Source: an uncultured Gemmatimonadales bacterium
Lineage (GTDB): Bacteria > Gemmatimonadota > Gemmatimonadetes > Gemmatimonadales > Gemmatimonadaceae
DNA: 64,000 nt
Reading direction: 5' to 3'
Assembly (NCBI GenBank): GCA_963793305.1
Contig: CAWBZV010000005.1
Location: 1,504,001 to 1,568,000, forward strand
Shown here: positions 11,417-22,056 of the stretch, piece after piece
How the letters are laid out: each line of letters opens with the position of its first letter
Position numbering within the stretch: position 1 is the first letter of the stretch
Notes under the pieces: generated by a model
The model's database searches: none
What the model was told of the DNA's origin: nothing
Seen by the model: only the letters and a program-made list of their open reading frames with translations
Program-made: the position numbers and the translations under genes

Positions 11417-12219
11417 AGACCGAAGCTCAGTGCGCTGCGAAGCATGTACCCCATGCGCGGCACCGGCGTCCCCGGCACACCAGGCGCGGTCCCGTAGGCG
11501 GGGATGCCATTACCCGTTGTGCGCACGACAGGACCGCCGCTCAGCGTGAGCCGCACGACATGTCCCGGAAGGCCAATCGACACGAGCGGGCCCGCGAACA
11601 CCGTCTCGCCGCCCTCGGCCTCGTGCGTCTGCCACAGCCCCTCGAGATCCGACGCCACGGTCTCGACGCCGACGCTCAAGACGGATGTGATCCGCGCCGT
11701 CGCGCCGAGTGAGGCGTAATAGTCTTCCGCATCGTGATCGTCGTCGTCGCCCCCGGCGACCGTGTGGCCGACCATCGCGTTGAACGCCAGCGACCACGTC
11801 GGCGTCGTATGACTCACCCCGAGTCGGCTCAAGAGCGCCGTGCTCCCGTCGAATCCCCGACGAACGCCGCCACTGACCGCGATGTGCCATCCCGCGACAC
11901 GAATCGCGTCGACCATGGCTTCGAGTTGCCCCAGTCCTCGGACTGGCGACGGTCCGTTGATCGCGACACCGGAGCTCGCCAGCACCATGAGCCGACCGAC
12001 CGTGAGGTCAACCTCGGCCGCTTGCTCGACGCGATCACCCGACAGCGGCTCGAACGTCCGTTCGCCGTATCCTGCGTCATACCGGGCGACGATGAGCGGC
12101 GACGCGTCGGGGAAGGGCACCGTGAACGCGAACGGCCGTCCCTGCGCGAGCGCGGTCTGGCTCGTCCCTATGACAAACGCCAGTATGCCGACGGCGCCGG
12201 CTGTGTGCATGCGAGTCAT
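11413..12219 (-). CDS. exported hypothetical protein, possible outer-membrane beta-barrel
   Basis: Signal peptide ending ALAQ; alternating beta-strand pattern; start uncertain (12210/12219/12228). Confidence 0.65.
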   Translation of the reverse strand: MTRMHTAGAVGILAFVIGTSQTALAQGRPFAFTVPFPDASPLIVARYDAGYGERTFEPLSGDRVEQAAEVDLTVGRLMVLASSGVAINGPSPVRGLGQLEAMVDAIRVAGWHIAVSGGVRRGFDGSTALLSRLGVSHTTPTWSLAFNAMVGHTVAGGDDDDHDAEDYYASLGATARITSVLSVGVETVASDLEGLWQTHEAEGGETVFAGPLVSIGLPGHVVRLTLSGGPVVRTTGNGIPAYGTAPGVPGTPVPRMGYMLRSALSFGL

Positions 12220-12266
12220 GGCAAACATTCTAGCACATATGGCGTTCTCCGCGCCACGTCCCCACG

Positions 12267-14621
12267 TTGCCTGGCGTGGCGATTCCTTTTTTTTACCTCG
12301 CGTTGACAACGGCCGGCATTATTTACAGCGGCCGCGCCGGCCAGACCCGCGTGAACATTCCGCGCATCGATGCCGCACCCACGATGGACGGCACGCTCGA
12401 CGATCCGGTCTGGCAAGAGGCCGCCGTCCTCACGGGGTTCTCCGAATACACACCCGTCGACGGCCTGCCGGCGGAGGACTCGACCGAAGTCCTCGTGTGG
12501 TACTCGCACCGCGCGATCTACTTCGGCATCCGCGCGTTCGAGCCGCACGGGAGCGTGCACTATAAGCTCGCCGATCGCGACAAGATCGACGCCGATGACA
12601 ACATCCAGATTATTCTGAGCCCGTTCTTGCACTCGCGTCAGGCGCTCGTGTTTGCGGTGAATCCCCTGGGGATACAGGAAGACGGCACGATCACCGAGGG
12701 CGTGCGTACCGGCCGCGGTTTCAGCACGAGCAACACGCAGACCGGCCGCCCGACCACGGATCTCAACCCGGACTTCGTGTTCGAGTCCAAGGGTCACGTC
12801 ACGACGACGGGCTACGTGACCGTGATCCGCATCCCGTTCCGTAGCATCAAGTACCAACAGGCCGCAGTCCAAGACTGGGGCCTGAATATCATCCGGAAGG
12901 TGCAGCACTCGGGGCATGAACAGAGTTGGGTGCCGACGAAGATCGCCGCCGCCTCGTTCCTCGCGCAGTCGGGCACACTCGTGGGCCTCAGTCAGCTGTA
13001 TCGCGGCCTCGTCCTCGACATCAACCCATTCGTCACACAAAAAGCGAACGGGGACAGCGCTGCCCCGCGCCCGTGGCGCTATGGCGTGGAGCGCCCCGAG
13101 TTCGGCGGCAACATTCGCTGGGGCATCACCAACAACCTGACGCTGAACGGCACATACCGGCCGGATTTCGCCGAGGTGGAATCGGACGCCACGAAGCTCC
13201 AGCTCGACCCGCGCTACGCGGTCTCGTACCCCGAGAAACGCCCTTTCTTCCTGGACGGCCTCGAGCAATTCAACACGCCGAACAACCTGATCTACACGCG
13301 ACAGATCGAGGAACCGATCGCGGCCACGAAGCTCACCGGTAAGCTCGGCAACGTCACCGTGGCCTACCTCGGCGCCCAAGACCAGGAAGACTCCTCGGCG
13401 ACCGGCGCCGGGCATCCGATCTTCAATGTCCTCCGGACGTGGACCGACATCGGCTCGGCCTCCCAGATCGGCGCCGCACTCACCGACAAGGAGCAGGGCG
13501 GCGCCTTCAACCGCATGGCGAGCCTCGACGCGCGATTCGCGTTCGCCAAGATCTACAGCCTGCAGATGCAGGGCGCGTCGAGCATCACGCGCGATAGCGG
13601 TGGAACCGGGAGCAGCGCCGGTCCCCTGTGGTACGCCCGCTTCGTGCGCGCGGGGCGCACCTTCGGTATCGACTATCTCGTGCGCCAGATCGACCCGCAG
13701 TTCGTGGCCGCGAGCGGATTCATCTCCCGCGCCGGCGTCGGCAACGTCTCGCTCGACCACCGGATCACGCTGTACGACAGTCCGGGGAGCTTCATCGAGA
13801 CCTACGGCGGCGACTTCCGCATCTCCGACACATGGGCGGGTCGCAACCTGACCGATTTCCATCGCGCCGAAGACCAGCGCTACCAATTCAATCTCACCAC
13901 GACCATCCACGGTGGCTGGGTCGTTGGCGGCGGCATCTATCTCGAACACTATGGCTACGACCCGACCCTGTACTCGACGTACTACCTCGGCAAAATCCAA
14001 GGCACCGACACGACCTATCTCCCATTCCCGCACCAGCAAGACATCCCGAACACCGACTACGTCTTCAATCTGATAACGCCGCAATTCGCCCACTTCTCAG
14101 CGAGCCTCGTCTACGTCTGGGGCCGCGACGAGAACTTCTTCGAGTGGGCCTCGGCCGACGTGGACCTGCCGCAGGTCACCCTGACCTGGCAACCCACGCA
14201 GCAGATCCGCGTCAACGCGACGTACAACGGCATTTTCTATCACCGGCACGATGACGGCTCGACCGTCGGCCGGACCCTCATTCCCCGCCTCGACGCCGAG
14301 TATCAGATCACGCGCGGGATTTTCGTTCGTCTCGTCGGCCAGTACGACGCCCAGTACCAGGACAGCCTTCGCGATGACTCCCGGTCCGAGCTTCCGATCT
14401 TCATCAAGAGCTCGACGACCGGAGTCATCTCGCGGGCGTCAGCCGCGACCAGCAACGTGCTCGAGGGCTCGTTCCTGTTCTCGTACCAGCCGATCCCTGG
14501 CACGGTGGCGTTCCTGGGGTATGGCAACGATTCGTACGAGCCCTTGGCGCTCCACTTCACGGGTCTCCGGCGCCAGGCGGACAGCTTTTTCCTGAAACTC
14601 AGCTACCTGTTCCGCGTATAG
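12267..14621 (+). CDS. CBM9-like/DUF5916 outer-membrane protein
   Basis: DGTLDDPVW, IPFRSIKY, WGLNIIR, PDFAEVESD, YPEKRPFFLDG, C-terminal FLKLSYLFR. Confidence 0.85.
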   Translation: MPGVAIPFFYLALTTAGIIYSGRAGQTRVNIPRIDAAPTMDGTLDDPVWQEAAVLTGFSEYTPVDGLPAEDSTEVLVWYSHRAIYFGIRAFEPHGSVHYKLADRDKIDADDNIQIILSPFLHSRQALVFAVNPLGIQEDGTITEGVRTGRGFSTSNTQTGRPTTDLNPDFVFESKGHVTTTGYVTVIRIPFRSIKYQQAAVQDWGLNIIRKVQHSGHEQSWVPTKIAAASFLAQSGTLVGLSQLYRGLVLDINPFVTQKANGDSAAPRPWRYGVERPEFGGNIRWGITNNLTLNGTYRPDFAEVESDATKLQLDPRYAVSYPEKRPFFLDGLEQFNTPNNLIYTRQIEEPIAATKLTGKLGNVTVAYLGAQDQEDSSATGAGHPIFNVLRTWTDIGSASQIGAALTDKEQGGAFNRMASLDARFAFAKIYSLQMQGASSITRDSGGTGSSAGPLWYARFVRAGRTFGIDYLVRQIDPQFVAASGFISRAGVGNVSLDHRITLYDSPGSFIETYGGDFRISDTWAGRNLTDFHRAEDQRYQFNLTTTIHGGWVVGGGIYLEHYGYDPTLYSTYYLGKIQGTDTTYLPFPHQQDIPNTDYVFNLITPQFAHFSASLVYVWGRDENFFEWASADVDLPQVTLTWQPTQQIRVNATYNGIFYHRHDDGSTVGRTLIPRLDAEYQITRGIFVRLVGQYDAQYQDSLRDDSRSELPIFIKSSTTGVISRASAATSNVLEGSFLFSYQPIPGTVAFLGYGNDSYEPLALHFTGLRRQADSFFLKLSYLFRV

Positions 14622-14627
14622 GTCGGC

Positions 14628-17050
14628 ATGATTGCCACCGACCTCCGGCACGCCCTGCGCACCCTCCGGCGGTCGCCGGGGTTCGCGACGGCCGCCATCC
14701 TGTGCCTGGCGCTCGGTACGGGCGCGACCGCGACCGTGTTCGCCGTGGTCAACACGCTGCTGTTCCGGCCGCTCCCGGTGGCGCAGCCGGACAACCTCGT
14801 GGTTATCGCCACGCTGAGCAGTGGCGTCGGCTTGCCGAGCGACATGTCGTACCCGAACTATCTCGACATCCGATCCACGCGATCGATAGTCTCGGATGCC
14901 GCGGCGTACAACTTCGACGGCGTCAGCGTGCGGATTGGCGAGGAGACGAACCTCCGGCAGGTCACCGCCGTGTCCGACAACTACTGGGCCATGCTCGGCG
15001 TTCGGCCCATCCTGGGCAGAGCATTCACAGCGCAGGAGGCACTCCAGCGATCACCATTGGCCGTGATCAGCTACCGCTCGTGGCAGCGCGATTTCAATGG
15101 GGCGCCGAATGTCCTCGGCCGCTCGATGAGCATCGACGGGAACCCGTTCACGATCGTCGGCGTGGCACCCCGCGAATTTTTGGGGACGCAGCCCATGGTC
15201 ATCTCCGATGCCTGGGTGCCGGCGTCAGTCCATGAGCCCGACCAGCTCCAGCGTCGCGCCGGCGGCGGTTGGAAGGTGATCGGCCGTCTGCGGGAGGGCG
15301 TGGATCTCACCGCGGCCCGGAGCGCCTTGGATCTCTTGGCGTCCCAACTGCAGCATCAATACCCGGTCGAGAACGAAGGCGAGCGCTTCGTGATCGAGCG
15401 CGAGCTCAGGGCGCGGCCTGACATCGCGGTCTCGGGCGTTCTCCCGCGCGCCGCTGCCGTCTTCATCGCGCTGACGACGCTCGTCTTGCTCATCGCCTGC
15501 GCCAACGTCGCCTCGTTGATGCTCGCGCGCGTGAGCGGCCGCCGCACCGAGCTCGCCGTCCGTACCGCGCTCGGCGCCAGCCGCGCGCGGATCGTCCAAC
15601 AGCTGTTGACCGAGAGCGTTCTCATCGCCGTCTGCGGTGGACTGGCCGGCACGCTGCTCGCGCTCGGCGCGGCCCGCTGGTTCAACGCGATCAAGCTCTC
15701 GACGAATGAGCCGATCGAGTTCGGCGTCTCGTTGGATTGGCGCGTGCTCGCCATGACCGCTGGCGCGGTACTCCTGGCCGCGATCCTGAGTGGGGCGGGA
15801 CCCTCGCTCCGCTCTTCCGATCCACAGTTGAGCGACGCGCTCAGAGCCGGCGCGCGCGGCACCGGTGGCATCACGCGCCAGCGCTTCCGTGCTGGCCTCG
15901 TGACCGCGCAGATCGCCGTCTCGTTCGTGTTGCTCGTCGCGGCCGGACTCTTTCTGCGCAGTGTCCAACACGCGCGTCTGCTGGACCTCGGGTTCCGTCA
16001 AGACCATGCATTCATGGCCACCACGGAACGTCACGCTCGCGCGCTACGACAGCACGCGCGGGAAGGCCTTTTACCGGTCGCTCTTCGCCCGAGCGGCCGA
16101 GCTCCCAGGGGTTCGCCGGGCCGCGCTCGCCAGCACGATTCCCCTCGGCACCAGCCACAACGACGGTGATGTCTACGCAGACTTGCCGACGCTAGCCGCC
16201 GAGCGAGGGCACACACACGTCGAGGAGGTGTCGGTGACGCCGGGATACTTCGACGTGATGGGCATCGGTGTGGTGCAGGGCCGCGACTTCACGACACACG
16301 ATGACACGGCGTCCTCCGTCGTGATCGTCAACGCGGCGATGGCCGCGCGTCTCTGGCCCGGCGCTGACCCGATCGGCCAGCGCATGCGACTCCGTGCCGA
16401 TGGTCCGGAGGTCACGGTCGTCGGGGTCGCGCGAACCGTGATGTCGATGTTCCTCGGCGAGCGCCCCCGTCCGATGCTCTACATCCCATTCGCCCGACGG
16501 TATCGCGCCCAGATGGCCTTGCAACTCGCCACCACCGGCGATCCGGGCCAGCTCGCCGCTCCGGTGCGCGACCTGGTCGCGTCAATCGAACCCAATCTCC
16601 CGCCGTTCGCGATGAAGACGATGCGGGAGCACTTGGACGGCGGGATCGCCTTCACGCCGATTCGCCTCGCGGCGACGCTCGCGATCGCGATCGGACTCTT
16701 GGGTCTGATCCAGGCCTTGATCGGCCTCTACGGCGTTGTCGCATACTCCGTCGCCCAGCGCGGGCACGAGATCGGGATCCGCATGGCGATCGGCGCGACG
16801 TTCGGGCAACATCCTGCGCGGGGTGCTGCGCGAAGGCATGGTGCTCACGGGCGCCGGCCTGGGCGTCGGCTTCATCCTCTCGCTCGCTGTCACGGGTGTG
16901 CTGCGCAGTCTCCTCATCGGCGTGAGCGCCCGTGACCCCGCTACCTTCGGTGGGCTCGCGCTCATTCTCGCCATCGTCACGCTCGCCGCGTGCTGGATTC
17001 CCGCCGCCCGCGCAGCGAGTGTACCGCCAGCGGGGGCGATGCGCGGCTAA
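14628..17050 (+). CDS. ADOP-family ABC permease (+1 frameshifts near 16026 and 16802)
   Basis: DLRHALRTLRRSPGF, LLIACANVA, VTPGYFDVMGI, EIGIRMAIGA, WIPAARAASV spread over three consecutive frames. Confidence 0.88.
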
Positions 17051-17394
17051 GAGCCGCAGGGCAGAAGAATCGTCGTCGAGTCGACCAACCCGCCCTGCAC
17101 GGCGAACCCGGCGACGAGCACCGAATCGCACCCGGTGGGCAAGTTGCGCAACTCGAACTGGCCGATGCCGGCCGGGACGCCGTTCTGATAGAACGTCCCG
17201 CCGGAGCTGGTCGTATCCAACGCCGTGTACGTGGAGTCGGTGAGACTCATGATCGTGACCTGCACACCAGCCACCGGCGTTTGGATCGAATGCGACACGA
17301 CGGTCCCCGCGATGGCTCCGGTGGTTGGCGCCGGAGCGACTTTCGTAGGATCAGAGCACGCCACGAGCAGCACCACGAGCATCAGCGGTCGCAT
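17047..17394 (-). CDS. small lipoprotein, single carboxypeptidase-regulatory-like domain
   Basis: Lipobox LVAC; GAIAGTV..PVAGVQVTI..LPTGC..LPC. Confidence 0.7.
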   Translation of the reverse strand: MRPLMLVVLLVACSDPTKVAPAPTTGAIAGTVVSHSIQTPVAGVQVTIMSLTDSTYTALDTTSSGGTFYQNGVPAGIGQFELRNLPTGCDSVLVAGFAVQGGLVDSTTILLPCGS

Positions 17395-20315
17395 GCAGGT
17401 CCCCCGGTTGACGCGGAGTCTGTCGCCAGTCGGCGGAGGGCGCTGTCGATTGCACGGCAGTCCGCGTCGACAACCGCGATGTCGCTTGGCGTGGGATCGA
17501 TATCCCCCGACTCCATGTCTTCGAGATGCCGGGTGAGATCGCGGTTCGCGGGACCGAATCCGCTATCCGCCACCGCCCGCAGCTTGGCCGCGAGGGTGCT
17601 GTCTTTCGTGGTCGCCCGCAATGCCTGGAGTTTCGCGAACTCGGCATAGCTGACCTTCATGCCCGCCATCATGCGCAGCTGCAGCTTGAGCTGCGCCTCG
17701 AGCCCGGCCTGCGTGACCTGGACGCGCGGATCGTTCTCAACGACGAGACTCTGCGTGTATGTCTGGCCGCCCACGGCCAACTCGATGCGGTACGTCCCGG
17801 GGACGACCAGCGGCCCGGTCGGTTGCACACGCGGCGTGGTTCCTTTCACGGCGTGCACATTGAGCGTGTACTCCCGATAATCGAGGAGATCGCCGAAGTA
17901 GCTGTAGTTGATCACATCGGGCGGCGGGTATCGAAGATCCCAGGCCACGCGATGCATGCCGGCACTCGTGGCCAACGCGGTCTCCGGCGCCAACCAATAC
18001 GCGGCGATGTTCGGCCGCACGGTGTCCGCGGGCGGCGCGGTACTCGACATCTGCCGGACGAGCTGTCCCTGACTGTTGTACACCGACAGCGTGACTGGCC
18101 CGGCCGCCGGGGTCTTCAAGTAGTAGTCGATGATCGCGCCTTCCGGCGGATTGTCTCCCGCCGGCACTTCGGGCGGGAGCGGTGTGTCCTCGATGTTGTC
18201 CCACCGCATGCGATACGCGAGCTCGGGCTGGAAGAGATACGCGCTCGCCGCCATGGCCGGCCGCACCTGCCTGAGCGGCGTGAGATCGTCGAGAATCCAG
18301 AGCGCTCGTCCATACGTCGAGATCGCCAGGTCGTTCCCGTGGATCGTGAGATCCGTCACGTCGGTTGTCGGCAGATTGAGCTGCAAGGACTGCCAGTGAT
18401 CGCCGCGATCGAACGACACCCACGCGCCGGTCAGCGTAGCGGCATAGAGCAGGTTCGGATCAACGGGATCTTCCCGGACGCTCGTCACCGGCTCGTCGGG
18501 TGGCAACCCGTTCGCGACGAGGTCCCAATGCCCGCCAAAGTCGGTCGTCCGATAGATGTACGGGCGGAGATCGGGAAACCCCGTCACGGCTGCGTACGCC
18601 GTGCCTGCGTCTTTGTGCGAGGCGTCGATGACCTCGACAATCGGACCGAGCGGGGACTTGGGCATATCGGGAGGCGTCGCGTTCGTCCAGGTTGCACCGC
18701 CGTCCCGCGTCACCTGAATGATCCCATTGCTGGCGCCAACCCAGATCACGCCGCTCTGTACCGGCGAGGGCGCCAGCGTCTCGATCGACTTCGACGTCAG
18801 CTCGGGGCCGAGATGGCGCCAGGTTCTCGCGTTGTCGCTCGACGCGAGCACGTATTGCGCGCCCATGTACAACGTGTGCGGATCCTGTGGCGAAAACGCC
18901 AGCGGCGGCGCGTAGCTGAACCGGTCTTCGGCCGAGGGGCTGTACACGACCGCGACCTGGCCGGTCTGGCGATCATAACGCCGCAGTACCCGATACCAGC
19001 CTTGCGAGTACACCCACCGCTCGTCGAGTGGATCGGTGACGATGTAGGTATCCTCGAACCCACCGATCGGATACCAATCGTTATCCCGTATCGCCCCGAA
19101 GTCGCTTCGACTCAGCACACACGCCGTTCCACTATCCTGCTGCGCGCCGCACACGCGATACGGGAAGTGGTCGTCGGTCGACACGTGATAGAACTGCCCA
19201 TTGGGCAGGTTGTACCACGGCGTCCAGGTCTCTCCGCCGTCGACCGTAATCGTTGGACCCTGGTCCACGCCCAGCAGCATCCGGCGTGGATTCGAGGGGT
19301 CGATCCACAGGTCGCGCGGATCATCACCACCGGGCGATCCTTTGAGCGCGTCGACGCGATGTCCGCCATCGGTCGACCGATACATTGCGGTCCCCATGAG
19401 GTACAGGACGTCGGGGTTCTTGGGGTCGACATAGATCGGCCCGCCGCCCGCGCTGAGCAGTTGCTTGGTCGCGATCGTCCACGTCGTGCCACCATCGTCC
19501 GACCGGTACAGCCCACTCGCATCGCGGCCGTTCCCACTGCGCTCGGCGTACACTCGCCGCCCGTTCGCGGCGACCTCGAACCTCGCGTTCTTCGGCAGCC
19601 CTCGGCCCGCAACGGGATGCCAGGTCGCACCTTTGTCGATGGACTTATAGATCGTCACGCCGAGCGGATGCGCCGAGTCACCCTTGGTGCGCTGAAGTGC
19701 CGCATAGATGATCGCCGGATTGGTGGCGTCAGCGGTCATTCCTCCGACGCCGGTGTACGGGTCGACGAACAGCACCCGCTTCCACGTCTTCCCGCCATCG
19801 ATCGAGCGATACACGCCGCGCGCGCTACTCGTGTCGCCGAAGAATTCGCGCGAGCCGAGCGCGCCGACGAGCACTATGTTGGCGTCGTGAGGATCGACGA
19901 TCAGCGATGTGATGTACTTCGTCTGCTCGAGGCCGAGCGTTCGCCAGGTTGCTCCGGCGTCGGTGCTCTTGTACACGCCTTTGCCGGGCGTGAATGACCA
20001 CCCGGTCGGATCGCCGGTGCCGACGTAGACAATCTTCGGGTTGCTGCCGGACACGGCCACGGCGCCGACCGACGGTACGTGCTGGTCGTCGAAGATCGGC
20101 TTCCATACGGTTCCGCCGTCGGTCGTCTTCCAGACCCCGGCCTCGGGCGTCCCGATGTAATACGTGTTCGGATCACTCGGGATGCCGCTCACGGAGTACA
20201 CGTTACCGGCGCGGTACGGGCCAATGAGCCTCCACCGCATGTCGCTGAAATACGCGGGGTCGACCTGGCCGAAAGCGACGCTCGGAATGAGCGCGAGAGC
20301 GAGGCAGATTCTCAT
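17382..20315 (-). CDS. BNR/Asp-box (VPS10/sortilin-like) beta-propeller protein, glycosyl-hydrolase-like
   Basis: MRICLALALIP signal; WRLIGPYRAG; many Asp-boxes (KTTDGGTVW, RSIDGGKTW, RSDDGGTTW, TRDGGATW); GQFYHV; STYGRALWILDD. Confidence 0.9.
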   Translation of the reverse strand: MRICLALALIPSVAFGQVDPAYFSDMRWRLIGPYRAGNVYSVSGIPSDPNTYYIGTPEAGVWKTTDGGTVWKPIFDDQHVPSVGAVAVSGSNPKIVYVGTGDPTGWSFTPGKGVYKSTDAGATWRTLGLEQTKYITSLIVDPHDANIVLVGALGSREFFGDTSSARGVYRSIDGGKTWKRVLFVDPYTGVGGMTADATNPAIIYAALQRTKGDSAHPLGVTIYKSIDKGATWHPVAGRGLPKNARFEVAANGRRVYAERSGNGRDASGLYRSDDGGTTWTIATKQLLSAGGGPIYVDPKNPDVLYLMGTAMYRSTDGGHRVDALKGSPGGDDPRDLWIDPSNPRRMLLGVDQGPTITVDGGETWTPWYNLPNGQFYHVSTDDHFPYRVCGAQQDSGTACVLSRSDFGAIRDNDWYPIGGFEDTYIVTDPLDERWVYSQGWYRVLRRYDRQTGQVAVVYSPSAEDRFSYAPPLAFSPQDPHTLYMGAQYVLASSDNARTWRHLGPELTSKSIETLAPSPVQSGVIWVGASNGIIQVTRDGGATWTNATPPDMPKSPLGPIVEVIDASHKDAGTAYAAVTGFPDLRPYIYRTTDFGGHWDLVANGLPPDEPVTSVREDPVDPNLLYAATLTGAWVSFDRGDHWQSLQLNLPTTDVTDLTIHGNDLAISTYGRALWILDDLTPLRQVRPAMAASAYLFQPELAYRMRWDNIEDTPLPPEVPAGDNPPEGAIIDYYLKTPAAGPVTLSVYNSQGQLVRQMSSTAPPADTVRPNIAAYWLAPETALATSAGMHRVAWDLRYPPPDVINYSYFGDLLDYREYTLNVHAVKGTTPRVQPTGPLVVPGTYRIELAVGGQTYTQSLVVENDPRVQVTQAGLEAQLKLQLRMMAGMKVSYAEFAKLQALRATTKDSTLAAKLRAVADSGFGPANRDLTRHLEDMESGDIDPTPSDIAVVDADCRAIDSALRRLATDSASTGGPACDR

Positions 20316-20372
20316 GGGCGTACAATATGCCACCCGAGTTGCCTGGCCGCCTCCCGCCGCGTCCCTCGGAGT

Positions 20373-21515
20373 ATGAGGGTAATGGGCCTGCTGCTCGTTA
20401 CATGCGGCGCGATCGCCTGTGGTGGACCGACGCAGGCTACACGCGACGCGGCCTACGCGACCGCTCGCGGCATGCCGGGGCTCGATGACAGTACCCTGAC
20501 AATTCCGACAAGCGGCGCGAACGGGTATCCGCCACGGACGGCGAACCCGCTCGCGATCCGTCGGCTGGTCCTCCGCGGCGAGTTCTCGACGCTCGACTCG
20601 TTGCTCACGGCGGCGGCCGACAGCGCGCGCCGCGACTATCGCACCGAGGGCTACCTCTTCGGCGCCTACGATGCCATGGCGGGCGATACGTCGTTGGCTG
20701 CGCCGCTGGCGCGGTGGTCTCGCGAGCGGCCGGCGTCGGCGCCGGCCCACCTCGCCCGGGCGGTCTACTTGCAGGGGCAGGCGTGGAGCGCGCGGGGCAC
20801 CGCCTACGCGAAGAACACGCCGCAGAATGCGATGCAGCGCATGAACGACTTGTTCAAGGAAGCCGCGAGTTGCGTCGACTCGGCCCTCGCTCTGACGCCG
20901 CGGTCGGCCGAGGCCTACATGGTGCTGCTGTATGCGGCGCGGACGTCGGGCGACACTGCGGTCTCGCAGCGATATCTGGCGAAAGGTCTCGAGGATATCC
21001 CGGCGAGCTTCTCGTTGCGTCGACAGTACCTCCGGAATACCGTGCCGCGCTGGGGCGGCTCGTACGCGGCGATGCGCGAGTTCGCCGACGCGTCGCAAGC
21101 GATGGCCGACAGCAATCCCCGGCTCCGGGCGTTGGCGGGATATATCGCGCTGGACAGCGCCGAGGTGTTCGAGCTCGAGCGCGACGAGGGCAGGGCATTG
21201 GCTGCTTACACGCGCGCGATCGGGTACGGCGACGAGACGCGGTTCCACCTCGAGCGCGGACAGATGCTCGTGCGCGTGGGCCGCGCGCGCGACGCGCTCC
21301 CGGATCTCGATTATGCGGTTGCCGGTGCGCCCGGGTCCGCCATAGACCATCTCTGGCGCGGGATGGCGCGCGAGGCACTCTGGTCGCAATCCGACCGCAC
21401 GAAGCGGGACTTGGGACTCAGCGCGCTCGCCGACTACCAGCAGGCCGTCGTGCTCGATCCGACGGACCGGGACGCCCTCGACCGGTTCGCGTGGCTCTAC
21501 CGGATCCTGCACTAG
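20373..21515 (+). CDS. DUF4034-like / TPR lipoprotein
   Basis: Lipobox AIAC; AW.ARG..YA and PRWGGS motifs; C-terminal TPR-like helices. Confidence 0.75.
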   Translation: MRVMGLLLVTCGAIACGGPTQATRDAAYATARGMPGLDDSTLTIPTSGANGYPPRTANPLAIRRLVLRGEFSTLDSLLTAAADSARRDYRTEGYLFGAYDAMAGDTSLAAPLARWSRERPASAPAHLARAVYLQGQAWSARGTAYAKNTPQNAMQRMNDLFKEAASCVDSALALTPRSAEAYMVLLYAARTSGDTAVSQRYLAKGLEDIPASFSLRRQYLRNTVPRWGGSYAAMREFADASQAMADSNPRLRALAGYIALDSAEVFELERDEGRALAAYTRAIGYGDETRFHLERGQMLVRVGRARDALPDLDYAVAGAPGSAIDHLWRGMAREALWSQSDRTKRDLGLSALADYQQAVVLDPTDRDALDRFAWLYRILH

Positions 21516-22035
21516 CCCGGGCGATTGCGACGAACCGGTCGAGCGCCCGCGTTGTCCGCGCGCGGTCACCGGTGCTCAGCAATTCGAGAAAGAGACCGTC
21601 GAACACCGCGATGCACAGGGTGGCCATCGTTCTCGATCGCAATGATTTCGACATGGCTGCCTCGGCTATCGCGAGCCAGTCGGTCGCGTGCTGTTCGAGA
21701 TACCGGCCATAGACGCGAGGGTTCTGGATGGCGATGATCTGCACCTCGTACAGCAGTCTCAAGGACGGCAGGTTCTCGGGACGCGTCGCCCACAGCCAAT
21801 AGCTCTTGATGGGCGACCGGGTCTCGACGAGGCGCTGGAATGACGCCTGCAGTCGCCGCTGGATCTCGCCCAGCACCTCCAGAATGAGCTGCTCTTTCGA
21901 CCCGAAGTGAAAGATCAGCAATCGGGCGCTCGTGCCCAGCGTCGCCGCCATCGGTCGGAGCGAGAGGTCGGCCACGCCGTGCGCGATGAAATAGTCGACT
22001 GCCGCCGACAGGAGTTGCCCCTTGCGCACACTCAT
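21418..22035 (-). CDS. TetR/AcrR-family regulator
   Basis: HTH LSLRPMAATLGTSARLLIFHFGSKEQL; 3' end uncertain (a TAG at 21512-21514 is one base out of frame). Confidence 0.9.
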   Translation of the reverse strand: MSVRKGQLLSAAVDYFIAHGVADLSLRPMAATLGTSARLLIFHFGSKEQLILEVLGEIQRRLQASFQRLVETRSPIKSYWLWATRPENLPSLRLLYEVQIIAIQNPRVYGRYLEQHATDWLAIAEAAMSKSLRSRTMATLCIAVFDGLFLELLSTGDRARTTRALDRFVAIARASAGSGRATRTGRGRPGPSDRARRPAGSRRAR

Positions 22036-22051
22036 GAAACGAACGTTACAT
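22034..22051. promoter_or_regulatory. candidate TetR operator
   Basis: Imperfect inverted repeat ATGAAACG-aa-CGTTACAT between the divergent tetR and MBL hydrolase starts. Confidence 0.5.
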
Positions 22052-22056
22052 TCGGC

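Noticed and set aside
17526..19997. 823-aa + strand ORF (and similar long ORFs 12216-14093, 23750-25927, 30257-32011, 50757-52490)
   Set aside because: Antisense shadows of well-supported genes in high-GC DNA; Arg/Gly-rich with no motifs
20316..21569. N-terminal 418 aa of the 1395-aa ORF
   Set aside because: Antisense to the DUF4034/TPR gene; the real start is the signal peptide at 20315
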